This document shows positions 28,884 to 36,674 of a DNA stretch of 45,905 nt, piece by piece. Made by a program: the position numbers and the translations under genes. The notes under the pieces were generated by a model. The model saw nothing but the letters and a program-made list of their open reading frames with translations. It did not search any database and had not been told where the DNA came from. The first letter of the stretch is position 1; the number at the start of each line of letters is the position of its first letter. This DNA is from an uncultured Chromatiaceae bacterium (GTDB taxonomy: Bacteria; Pseudomonadota; Gammaproteobacteria; Steroidobacterales; GCA-2729495), in the NCBI GenBank assembly GCA_964384295.1, contig CAYLLI010000001.1:1-45905 (forward strand). The letters run 5' to 3'.

Positions 28884-29285
28884 CTACCCCGCCACCTGAG
28901 ACGAAATCGCGCCAAGTAACTCATCACGCGTAAACGGTTTGGTCAGGTAATGTTCAGAGCCGACGATGCGTCCGCGGGCACGGTCAAACAAGCCATCCTT
29001 GCTGGAAAGCATAATGACGGGCGTATCTTTAAAGTTGCGGTTGTGCTTAATCAGCGAGCAGGTCTGATAGCCATCGAGTCGCGGCATCATGATGTCGACA
29101 AAAATAAGATCCGGATTGTGGTCTGCGATTTTCGACAGAGCATCAAAACCATCGACCGCAGTAAAGACACTGCAACCCTCTTTCGACAACAGCGTCTCGG
29201 CGGTGCGACGAATCGTCTAGCTATAATCATTCAACAATATCTTCAGGCCGCTAAGACCTTGCGCAGCGTCATCGCTCACAGACAT
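28884..29285 (-). pseudogene. pilG: pilG (CheY-like response regulator) interrupted by an in-frame TAG at codon 23
   Basis: ATG at 29285 gives MSVSDDAAQGLSGLKILLNDYS, then TAG (29219..29217). The same frame continues TIRRTAETLLSKEGCSVFTAVDGFDALSKIADHNPDLIFVDIMMPRLDGYQTC...LTKPF, which matches PilG throughout. The expected beta1/acidic pocket (hydrophobic)-IDDSK reads LNDYS-stop. Confidence 0.8.
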
Positions 29286-29597
29286 CTCCCTGGAATTTAC
29301 CGGACTCTATTCCCGATAATAGTTTTAACATAATGGTATCAACGCCGCCATGAACCAGCTGCCGATTGCAGCCACTCACAATCAGCACAGCAATCAGTCG
29401 CTGCATCATCAGAACACCGGATTTTTAACTCGCAATTCGGACGACCCTCTAACCCATAGAGCCAATCCGCCAACAACGTTTTGATAATACTCGGCATGTT
29501 TTGATATTTCACCAGTGTGGCGGAGTCTTGTGGCATCATTTCGCCCATTCAGCTTACTCACCTTGGAGATCTAAATGAGTGAACTTCATCTCGGGCC

Positions 29598-30476
29598 ATG
29601 CTGTTGGAAGCTCAGAAAAGAGGCTGGAAAATCAGCTACTTCGAACTCGGAGACCTGCGCATCACCAATGGTGAAGCGCGTGGCGTTGCACGTTCATTGT
29701 CGGTAAAAGACGATGATAATCAGTGGTTTGAGCTTGGTGAGCCCAGCGATATGAGTCTGAGCGAACTGGACGTGATCCTGATGCGCAAAGACCCCCCGTT
29801 CGACATGGAGTACATCTACTCAACCTACATTCTGGAACGGGCTGAAGCGGAAGGGGTGCTTATTGTTAACAAACCTCAAAGCTTGCGTGACATGAACGAG
29901 AAGGCGTTTACCGCGTGGTTTCCGGAGTGCTGCCCCGACACACTTATTACCCGGTCGATGGCCGACATGCGCAACTTCCTCGAAGAGCACGGCAAAGCGG
30001 TGGTTAAGCCCCTTCATGGCATGGGCGGGCAATCCATCTTTGTCATCAACAAAGGTGACCTGAATGCCAATGTGATCTTCGAAACACTGACCGATTACGA
30101 GCAGAATTATGCAATCTGTCAGACCTACATTCCCGAGATCACCGATGGCGACAAGCGCATCATCCTGGTGGGTGGGGAACCTGCTGCGAAAGTGGTCGCC
30201 CGCGTCCCCTCTGCCGACGACAACCGCGGCAACCTGGTTGCCGGCGCAAAACCCGACATTCGTCCGCTCACCGACAGGGACCGCTGGATTTGCGGGCAGG
30301 TTGGGCCGGTGCTGAAAGAGCGCGGGATTATATTCGCCGGTATCGATGTGATCGGCGACTACCTGACTGAAGTCAATGTCACCAGCCCGACCGGCATTCG
30401 CGAACTCTTAAAGTACGGCGATGTGGACGTGGCGAAGACACTGATGGATTACCTGCAGGACGAACTGCAGTCATAG
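29598..30476 (+). CDS. gshB: glutathione synthetase, apparently 5'-truncated or frameshifted
   Basis: The 292-aa ORF is collinear with E. coli and P. aeruginosa GshB from MLLEAQ onward (ILMRKDPPFD, NKPQSLRD.NEK, KPL.GMGG, DGDKRI, RGNL, TE.NVTSPT). The conserved first ~23 residues are absent. An RBS-preceded ATG at 29575 encodes MSELHLG in another frame. Confidence 0.85.
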   Translation: MLLEAQKRGWKISYFELGDLRITNGEARGVARSLSVKDDDNQWFELGEPSDMSLSELDVILMRKDPPFDMEYIYSTYILERAEAEGVLIVNKPQSLRDMNEKAFTAWFPECCPDTLITRSMADMRNFLEEHGKAVVKPLHGMGGQSIFVINKGDLNANVIFETLTDYEQNYAICQTYIPEITDGDKRIILVGGEPAAKVVARVPSADDNRGNLVAGAKPDIRPLTDRDRWICGQVGPVLKERGIIFAGIDVIGDYLTEVNVTSPTGIRELLKYGDVDVAKTLMDYLQDELQS

Positions 30477-30532
30477 CAGCATAGTCTGCACAGATTTTTG
30501 CCACTGCCCCGTTTCTCTGCGACTATCAATCT

Positions 30533-31441
30533 ATGACCGACAGCAGCGCTGCAGCAATGCCTCCGGCAAGTCTACAACCGCCAAAAGCGGGAGACTATTT
30601 CTCAGCGACGCTGTTTCTCGCCGCGCTGTTTCATGCCGTCGTGATTCTCGGCGTCACCTTTACCGCCGGGGAACCGCCTGCCGACACTGACGATGCGACC
30701 TCGCTGGAAGTCGTGATTCTTACCGGGGACTACGAGAAACAGATTGCTGCAGATGATGCCGAACTGCTGGCCGAGCGCAGTCTGATTGGTGCGGGCAACA
30801 CGGCAGACGATGTACCCCTCAGTATTGCCTACGGCGATGGTGGCGAAACGGCGACAGCGGGCCAGCCTCAGGACGGTGCAGACACGCCGGCCACCCGCCT
30901 GCCGCAACCACAGGATAACGATCTGCTGCTGTATCGACGCAACGAGACGGCTGTGCAGCAGGACCCTGAAACACTTGAACAAGTCGCACAGGAACAGCAA
31001 AGACAAGGGCTTGCCGGCGATAGCAACCCGACAGAGATCGTTGCAGAACCGGGAGAATCCACGGTCATTCGCAGCGAAAACCCGCGGGAACTGCTGATCA
31101 GCGCGAACACCCGGGAGAGTCGCATGGCGAGTTATCTAGACGGGTGGAAACGCAAGATCGAGCGCGTTGGCACAATGAACTTTCCCGACACCAGCGGTGC
31201 ACAGCGCAATCCGGTACTGGAAGTTGCGATTTCTGCTGACGGGGAACTGAAAGAAGTCATTGTGCAACGTTCTTCAGGCCAGAAAAGTCTGGATCAGGCA
31301 GCAATCAACATTTTGCGCATGGCGGCGCCCTTTGATCCGTTTCCGGAGTTTCTGAGCCGCGACTTCGATGTGCTGCGGTTTTCTTACGAATGGTACTTCA
31401 CCGGAGATACCGGGGGTTCAAAGTTATCGGTCGCGGAATAG
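30533..31441 (+). CDS. TonB-family energy transducer (TonB3-like position)
   Basis: 302-aa ORF. It has an N-terminal TM (ATLFLAALFHAVVILGVTF), a low-complexity periplasmic linker and a C-terminal TonB_C-like domain (YLDGWKRKIERVG...PVLEVAISADGELKEVIVQRSSG...LDQAAINILRMAAPFDPFP). It occupies the same position relative to gshB/pilG as P. aeruginosa tonB3. Confidence 0.75.
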   Translation: MTDSSAAAMPPASLQPPKAGDYFSATLFLAALFHAVVILGVTFTAGEPPADTDDATSLEVVILTGDYEKQIAADDAELLAERSLIGAGNTADDVPLSIAYGDGGETATAGQPQDGADTPATRLPQPQDNDLLLYRRNETAVQQDPETLEQVAQEQQRQGLAGDSNPTEIVAEPGESTVIRSENPRELLISANTRESRMASYLDGWKRKIERVGTMNFPDTSGAQRNPVLEVAISADGELKEVIVQRSSGQKSLDQAAINILRMAAPFDPFPEFLSRDFDVLRFSYEWYFTGDTGGSKLSVAE

Positions 31442-31475
31442 GCAATCGGCGTAAAGACGTGAGATACTGTCGGGC

Positions 31476-32051
31476 ATGAGCACACCAGACAATCTGCGTG
31501 GTCATCTGCTCATCGCGATGCCGACGCTCGATGATCCCAACTTTGATCACACGGTCACCTATCTGCTCGAGCACAACTCTGAAGGCGCATTCGGACTCAT
31601 TGTTAACCGGCCTTTTGATCTGGACATAGGCGACATCCTCAGCCAGCTCAACATCCCCAGCGAGAATCCTGAATTGAATAACCAGCCGGTGCTGATCGGG
31701 GGTCCGGTGCAACCCGAACGCGGGTTTGTTCTGCATCGCACCGGTCTTAGCAGCGATGAAAAATGGGACAGTACCGCGCGCTTTGACGACGGAATCAGCG
31801 TAACGACGTCGCCCGACATACTAAACGCGATGGCCGTCAACACGGGCCCCTCCGATATGCTGTTTATTCTGGGTTACGCCGGTTGGGATGCCGGGCAACT
31901 TGAACAGGAAATCTCGGATAATGCCTGGCTCAGCGTTGCCGCCACCCCTGAAATCCTGTTTGACGTGCCAATTGCAAAGCGCTGGGAGGCATCGACCCAG
32001 TTGCTGGGGTTTGATCCCGCAGCTATCGGTCCGGAAGCAGGGCATGCATGA
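31476..32051 (+). CDS. YqgE/AlgH family protein
   Basis: 191-aa ORF with the family N-terminus LRGHLLIAMPTLDDPNFDHTVTYLLEHN.EGA.GLIVNRP. It lies upstream of ruvX, as in many gammaproteobacteria. Confidence 0.85.
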   Translation: MSTPDNLRGHLLIAMPTLDDPNFDHTVTYLLEHNSEGAFGLIVNRPFDLDIGDILSQLNIPSENPELNNQPVLIGGPVQPERGFVLHRTGLSSDEKWDSTARFDDGISVTTSPDILNAMAVNTGPSDMLFILGYAGWDAGQLEQEISDNAWLSVAATPEILFDVPIAKRWEASTQLLGFDPAAIGPEAGHA

Positions 32052-32479
32052 ACACAATTATCGCGATCGATTTCGGCGAGCGTCGCATTGGCATTGCCAG
32101 CGGCTCTGTGATTACAGGGACCAGCTCTAAAATAACAACCATGAACGCCAATGGCGGCGTTCCGGACTGGGCGGAACTGGATAACATCGTCAAAGACTGG
32201 AATCCGGACGTCCTGGTCGTTGGCATGCCTTATAATATGGACGGCTCCGAATCCGAGATGTCGAAAAAAGCACGGGCGTTCGCCGATGAACTGGCGCAGC
32301 GCTATCAACTGCAGGTGGACACGATTGATGAAAGACTGACCTCTGCAGAAGCCGGCTCAATACTGAAAGAGCAGCGCAGACTCGGAATCAGAACAAAAAA
32401 AGTAAACAAAGCAGAGATCGATAGCCTGGCTGCCTGCCTGATCGCGGAAAGCTGGCTGCAGACTCACAAGACAACTTAA
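32048..32479 (+). CDS. ruvX: Holliday junction resolvase-like nuclease RuvX (YqgF)
   Basis: 143-aa ORF with the YqgF motifs IIAIDFGERRIGIA and DERLTSAEA. There is a 4-nt overlap with the upstream gene. Confidence 0.88.
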   Translation: MNTIIAIDFGERRIGIASGSVITGTSSKITTMNANGGVPDWAELDNIVKDWNPDVLVVGMPYNMDGSESEMSKKARAFADELAQRYQLQVDTIDERLTSAEAGSILKEQRRLGIRTKKVNKAEIDSLAACLIAESWLQTHKTT

Positions 32480-32538
32480 GCACCGGAATCGCCGGCTTAC
32501 GGCCACGATTCAGTCCAGACAGACGACCATAGACGCCC

Positions 32539-33507
32539 ATGACAAACTCAGGAACCGACGACCTGCAGCTAACACCTGCCGGAAAACTAAAGCACCTCTT
32601 GAGCCTGCAGGGCCTTAGCAAAGAGTTCATCACCTACCTGCTCAACCACGCTGAAAACTACCTGCGTCCCAACGGTGCACTTCCGGCCAGAGACTATGGC
32701 CTGCAAGGAAGAACCGTAGCCAACCTGTTTTTCGAGCCCAGCACCCGCACAAGGGCATCTTTCGAGCTGGCCGCCAAACGCATGAGCGCAGACGTCCTGA
32801 ATCTGGACGTCAACATGTCGTCGCGAATTAAGGGCGAGAGCCTGCTGGACACGATTTACACACTCCAGGCGATGCAGGTGAATGTGTTTGTTGTCCGCGA
32901 TGCCGGTGCCGGCATATCCGAGTTTATTGCCCGCAACGTTAACGAATATGCCAGCGTGCTGAATGCAGGAGAAGCGTCGGCGTCGCACCCGACTCAGGGG
33001 CTGCTGGACTTGCTGACCATTCGCCAGCACAAGAAAACGCTGGACGGGCTCTCCGTTGCAATTATTGGCGACATCGCTCATTCACGGGTTGCGCGCTCGC
33101 TCAGCGATGGCCTGAACATCATGGGCAACAACGACATTCGCCTTGTAGCGCCCGGCGGCATGACTCCGGACATGGCGCTATACCCGGGCGCCAGGCTCTA
33201 CGACAACACCGATGAAGCGGTCAAAGATGCCGATGTTCTGGTCTCGCTGCGAATTCAGCGGGAACGGATTGAAGACGAAAGCGGTATTCCGACGGAGGCC
33301 GAATACAACGCGCGCTACGGGCTTACCAGCGAACGCGTTGCTTTAGCGAAACCGGATGCCATCGTCATGCACCCGGGGCCGATGAACCGGGATGTCGAGA
33401 TTTCAGGTGAGGTCGCAGATGGCCCGCAGTCAGTCATTCAGCAACAGGTCACTAATGGTCTTGCGGTAAGAATGGCTGTGCTCTCCGCCGTTATGGAAGC
33501 CCGTTAA
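32539..33507 (+). CDS. pyrB: aspartate carbamoyltransferase catalytic chain
   Basis: 322-aa ORF with the carbamoyl-phosphate motif FFEPSTRTR, the HPTQ motif and the aspartate-binding HPGP motif. The Pseudomonas-type N-terminal extension is present (LQLTPAGKLKHLLSLQGLS). Confidence 0.93.
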   Translation: MTNSGTDDLQLTPAGKLKHLLSLQGLSKEFITYLLNHAENYLRPNGALPARDYGLQGRTVANLFFEPSTRTRASFELAAKRMSADVLNLDVNMSSRIKGESLLDTIYTLQAMQVNVFVVRDAGAGISEFIARNVNEYASVLNAGEASASHPTQGLLDLLTIRQHKKTLDGLSVAIIGDIAHSRVARSLSDGLNIMGNNDIRLVAPGGMTPDMALYPGARLYDNTDEAVKDADVLVSLRIQRERIEDESGIPTEAEYNARYGLTSERVALAKPDAIVMHPGPMNRDVEISGEVADGPQSVIQQQVTNGLAVRMAVLSAVMEAR

Positions 33508-33528
33508 CACCCAGGAAGAAATACATCA

Positions 33529-34404
33529 GTGGGCAAGGAAAACAGAAACACGATATTCGTCGATGAGGGTGAGGTAATCCGTCTGGATGCCTATCCTGAA
33601 GAGCAATACATCATGCGAATCGCAGCGCCGAAAGTAGCCGCGCATGCGCAGCCCGGCTCTTTCGTGCACATCCGCTGCAACGAAGAGATTCCGATGCGCC
33701 GCCCTGTCTCGCTGATGCGGGCAAGCGCCATCGAAGGCTGGATCGAAATCTATTTTAAAGTTGTTGGTGCCGGGCTGCGCGCTCTGAGCCTCGCGACACC
33801 GGGTACTGCCGTCAACATGCTCGGCCCCATCGGCAACGGCTTCTCACCGAAGCCGGAATTTACGACGCACATGATGATTGGCGGCGGCGTCGGCATTCCT
33901 CCGATGTTGTTTCTTGCAGAGCACCTGCAGGCGACCGAGGGCTTTCGTGACTCCGCTGTGGTGTTCATGGGTTCGGAAGCACCGTTCCCGTTTGAACTGA
34001 CTGCATCGAACATCCCGCTCGCGGGAATGCCGGAAGATGCAACGTCTTGCGTTCCTGACATGGAGACGCTCGGAATCCCGTCACGACTGGCCAGTCTGCA
34101 GGATTACTCAGGCGTGCATAAGGGCTTTGTCACTGATCTCGCCCGGACATGGCTGAAAGCCAATCCGGAAAAACAAGCAACCACGGCGATCTATGCCTGC
34201 GGACCCGAACCCATGCTTGAAGCGGTTGCAAAACTCGTTACCGACTTCAACATGGATGCACAACTGTGCCTCGAGGAATATATGGCCTGCGCCGTAGGGG
34301 GCTGTGCAGGATGCGCCGTGGCGGTGCATACGCCTGAAGGCACTGCGATGAAACGCGTTTGCGTTGACGGTCCGGTGTTTGCCGCCAGCGAGATTTATCC
34401 CTGA
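33529..34404 (+). CDS. PyrK-like FAD/NAD(P)-binding oxidoreductase with C-terminal 2Fe-2S cysteine cluster
   Basis: 291-aa ORF. It has the FAD-binding R-x-x-S motif (RRPVSL), the NAD-binding GGGVGIPP motif, and the C-terminal cysteine motif CLEEYMACAVGGCAGCAV...CVDGPVF. This is typical of the dihydroorotate dehydrogenase electron-transfer subunit family. GTG start. Confidence 0.7.
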   Translation: MGKENRNTIFVDEGEVIRLDAYPEEQYIMRIAAPKVAAHAQPGSFVHIRCNEEIPMRRPVSLMRASAIEGWIEIYFKVVGAGLRALSLATPGTAVNMLGPIGNGFSPKPEFTTHMMIGGGVGIPPMLFLAEHLQATEGFRDSAVVFMGSEAPFPFELTASNIPLAGMPEDATSCVPDMETLGIPSRLASLQDYSGVHKGFVTDLARTWLKANPEKQATTAIYACGPEPMLEAVAKLVTDFNMDAQLCLEEYMACAVGGCAGCAVAVHTPEGTAMKRVCVDGPVFAASEIYP

Positions 34405-34406
34405 CG

Positions 34407-35870
34407 ATGCCGGAGCCGGTGCATTTCGAGCGGGCTGACGCGCAGGCCGATGCCAGAACCCGCGCCATCTTCTACGCCCTGCTTGCAGTAGCCATAGCGC
34501 TGCGACTGTTTGATCTGAGCGCACGCGAAATCTGGCTCGACGAAGCATTTTCCTGGCACCAGGCCAGCATGTCGTTTGCGGGCATGCTGACCAGTGTTGC
34601 TGACGATGTGCATCCGCCGCTGTATCAGATCGTGCTGTGGTTAACGACAGGACTGTTCGGAGACAGCCCGTTGGTTTTGCGCTTACCGTCTGCCTGTTTC
34701 AGCATCATCGCCGTCGGGCTTACGTTTCGACTCACTCAGCGAATTGCCGGTAACAAAGTTGCTCTGTTGGCGACCGCGTTTGCAGCAGTATCTACCTTTC
34801 AAATCTGGTACGGGCAGGAAGCCAGAATGTACAGCCTGCTGGCGATGTTGGCGCTCGGCAGCATGCTGGCATTCGTTCAGGTTCTGGAACGTGACGACAA
34901 AAAGTCAGCGATCCTGTACGCCGTCGCCAGCGTCCTGCTGCTCTATACCCATGTCTATGGCGCCTTCATCGTTATCGCACAGCACACCATCTACGGCAGC
35001 CTTCTGCTCAGGGGGTACAAGCTGGCAACGTCACCATTGCGCTGGGTTTTGATTCATCTGTGTATTGGTGTCGCATTTTTGCCGTGGTTGTGGATTCTGC
35101 TGCAGCAAATCACTGCCGTTCAGGAAAATTTTTGGATTGCTGCTCCGGGGCTTGGTCTTCTGCCACGAACGCTGCTGACGTATCAGGCGCTGCCGCCAGC
35201 AGGCTTTGTGATCTCGGTCATCCTTGCCGGAACAGCGATCTATCGGGTGCTGCGGGAGCCGACGAAGACCCGGCGGGGCGGACTCATTCTGCTGCTGCTC
35301 TGGATAACGGTTCCGATCGTCGTTCCGTTTGTCCTGTCCCATCTGCTGCAACCCATCTTTGTTCCGCGCTATACGATCGCTGCAGCGTTTCCCTGGTACA
35401 TTCTGGTTGCACTCGGCATTGCTAAACTGCCGCGATACGCAGGCGCAGCAGCCGCGGGCATCTTGTTGCTGCTGGCTATCGGTACGTTGCCCGCGTACTA
35501 CAGCGAACGGCGTGAAATGCACACATGGCAGGACACAGCAGCCTATATCAACAGTGTCGCTACACCCGGTGACTATCTGATCTTTCACAGTGATTTCGGC
35601 AGTCTGCCGTACCGCTACCACAACCCGGACAACCGGCTCGCCATCATTACGATTGACTCCGGCTACGGCGTCTCTGCGACAGGCATTCTGCCGGATGAGC
35701 TTCCTGCGGCATTGCCTGCAACAGCAACTGCATGGTTTATTGATAGCTACAGTGAACGCCTGACAATACCGGCATCTGTGATTGAACAGGGGCTGCTGGA
35801 GACTCGCGTTCTGGAGTCAGAACAACGCTTCAGCAACGTGCGGGTTGCACAATACCGCGCTGCTGACTGA
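34407..35870 (+). CDS. GT-C fold membrane glycosyltransferase (family 39 / ArnT-PMT-like)
   Basis: 487-aa polytopic membrane protein. Its first loop carries the family motif WLDEAFSWHQA...DVHPPLY. Multiple TM helices are followed by a soluble C-terminal domain. It starts 3 nt after the PyrK-like stop. Confidence 0.7.
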   Translation: MPEPVHFERADAQADARTRAIFYALLAVAIALRLFDLSAREIWLDEAFSWHQASMSFAGMLTSVADDVHPPLYQIVLWLTTGLFGDSPLVLRLPSACFSIIAVGLTFRLTQRIAGNKVALLATAFAAVSTFQIWYGQEARMYSLLAMLALGSMLAFVQVLERDDKKSAILYAVASVLLLYTHVYGAFIVIAQHTIYGSLLLRGYKLATSPLRWVLIHLCIGVAFLPWLWILLQQITAVQENFWIAAPGLGLLPRTLLTYQALPPAGFVISVILAGTAIYRVLREPTKTRRGGLILLLLWITVPIVVPFVLSHLLQPIFVPRYTIAAAFPWYILVALGIAKLPRYAGAAAAGILLLLAIGTLPAYYSERREMHTWQDTAAYINSVATPGDYLIFHSDFGSLPYRYHNPDNRLAIITIDSGYGVSATGILPDELPAALPATATAWFIDSYSERLTIPASVIEQGLLETRVLESEQRFSNVRVAQYRAAD

Positions 35871-35871
35871 C

Positions 35872-36579
35872 TCAGTCGGCCAGCTCTTCCCGATAGTAAA
35901 AGTCCCGGCCAATGTCTTCGCAGATCGCGTTCTCCGGTACAGGAATCATCTGCCGAAGAAAGCTGTGCTTATAGGGAAAAAAGTGCAGGTGAGGATTAAA
36001 CGTGAACGCATGTTCGCGTTCGCGCGGCACCACAATGATCAGTCTTTTCCGGCACACCCGGCGCAGTTCTGCAATCGCTGCGCGAATATCGAGAATGTGT
36101 TCCAGCAAGTGCGTGCAGACGACCGTATCAAAGGCATCATCGTCAAAGGGCAACGCCTCTACTTTCCCGGCGACGAACGTCGTATTCGGCAGGTTTCGGG
36201 CGGCGGCATCGTCCACGTTAATATCAACACCGTTAAACTGCGAAATCTCAACGCCGGCGTGAGAATGGAGATAGTTGACCAGATAACCGGTCCCGCAGCC
36301 GACATCCAGCAATGAACCTGGCAGCAGGTCTTCGGCAATCCGCGCTAAGCACGCTTCAGAGTTATCCGTCTCATCCTGAATTCGCGGGAACCCGGCATAG
36401 AGCTCGATGTATTCCTGCTCGGTGTAGTGATGACCCCGGGTGCGGAAGTCTTCCAGCTTGTCGATCAACGGGCCCCAATAACTTCTGAACAACATGCGCA
36501 TCGGCGCACTGTCCCGCAGCAGCGGCGGCAGGCACTCTTCCAGCACGAAGCGAATCTTGTTGGTGGTCTCGCGATCCAT
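35872..36579 (-). CDS. class I SAM-dependent methyltransferase
   Basis: 235-aa ORF with SAM motif I LLDVGCGTGYL and the post-I/II pattern FDTVVCTHLLEHI. It is convergent with the glycosyltransferase, with a 1-nt gap. Confidence 0.8.
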   Translation of the reverse strand: MDRETTNKIRFVLEECLPPLLRDSAPMRMLFRSYWGPLIDKLEDFRTRGHHYTEQEYIELYAGFPRIQDETDNSEACLARIAEDLLPGSLLDVGCGTGYLVNYLHSHAGVEISQFNGVDINVDDAAARNLPNTTFVAGKVEALPFDDDAFDTVVCTHLLEHILDIRAAIAELRRVCRKRLIIVVPREREHAFTFNPHLHFFPYKHSFLRQMIPVPENAICEDIGRDFYYREELAD

Positions 36580-36674
36580 AAGCTCAGTCTAATTCCGTAT
36601 CTCGACTGCCGGTGGCGTCGGGCAGCGTTGAGACTAGCATGAGGACGGTAGCGACAGAAACTGAGCGCAGGCAA

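Noticed and set aside
29222-29227. TATAAT hexamer on the + strand created by the pilG substitutions, as a possible new promoter toward gshB
   Set aside because: There is no acceptable -35 (GGCGGT at the 17-bp position) and no extended -10 TG. It lies about 350 nt from gshB. It is probably coincidental.
29339-29548. 69-aa Cys-rich ORF in the pilG/gshB divergent intergenic region
   Set aside because: No RBS or recognisable family. It occupies the region expected to hold the divergent promoters. It is probably spurious, though it deserves a look if the region is re-sequenced.
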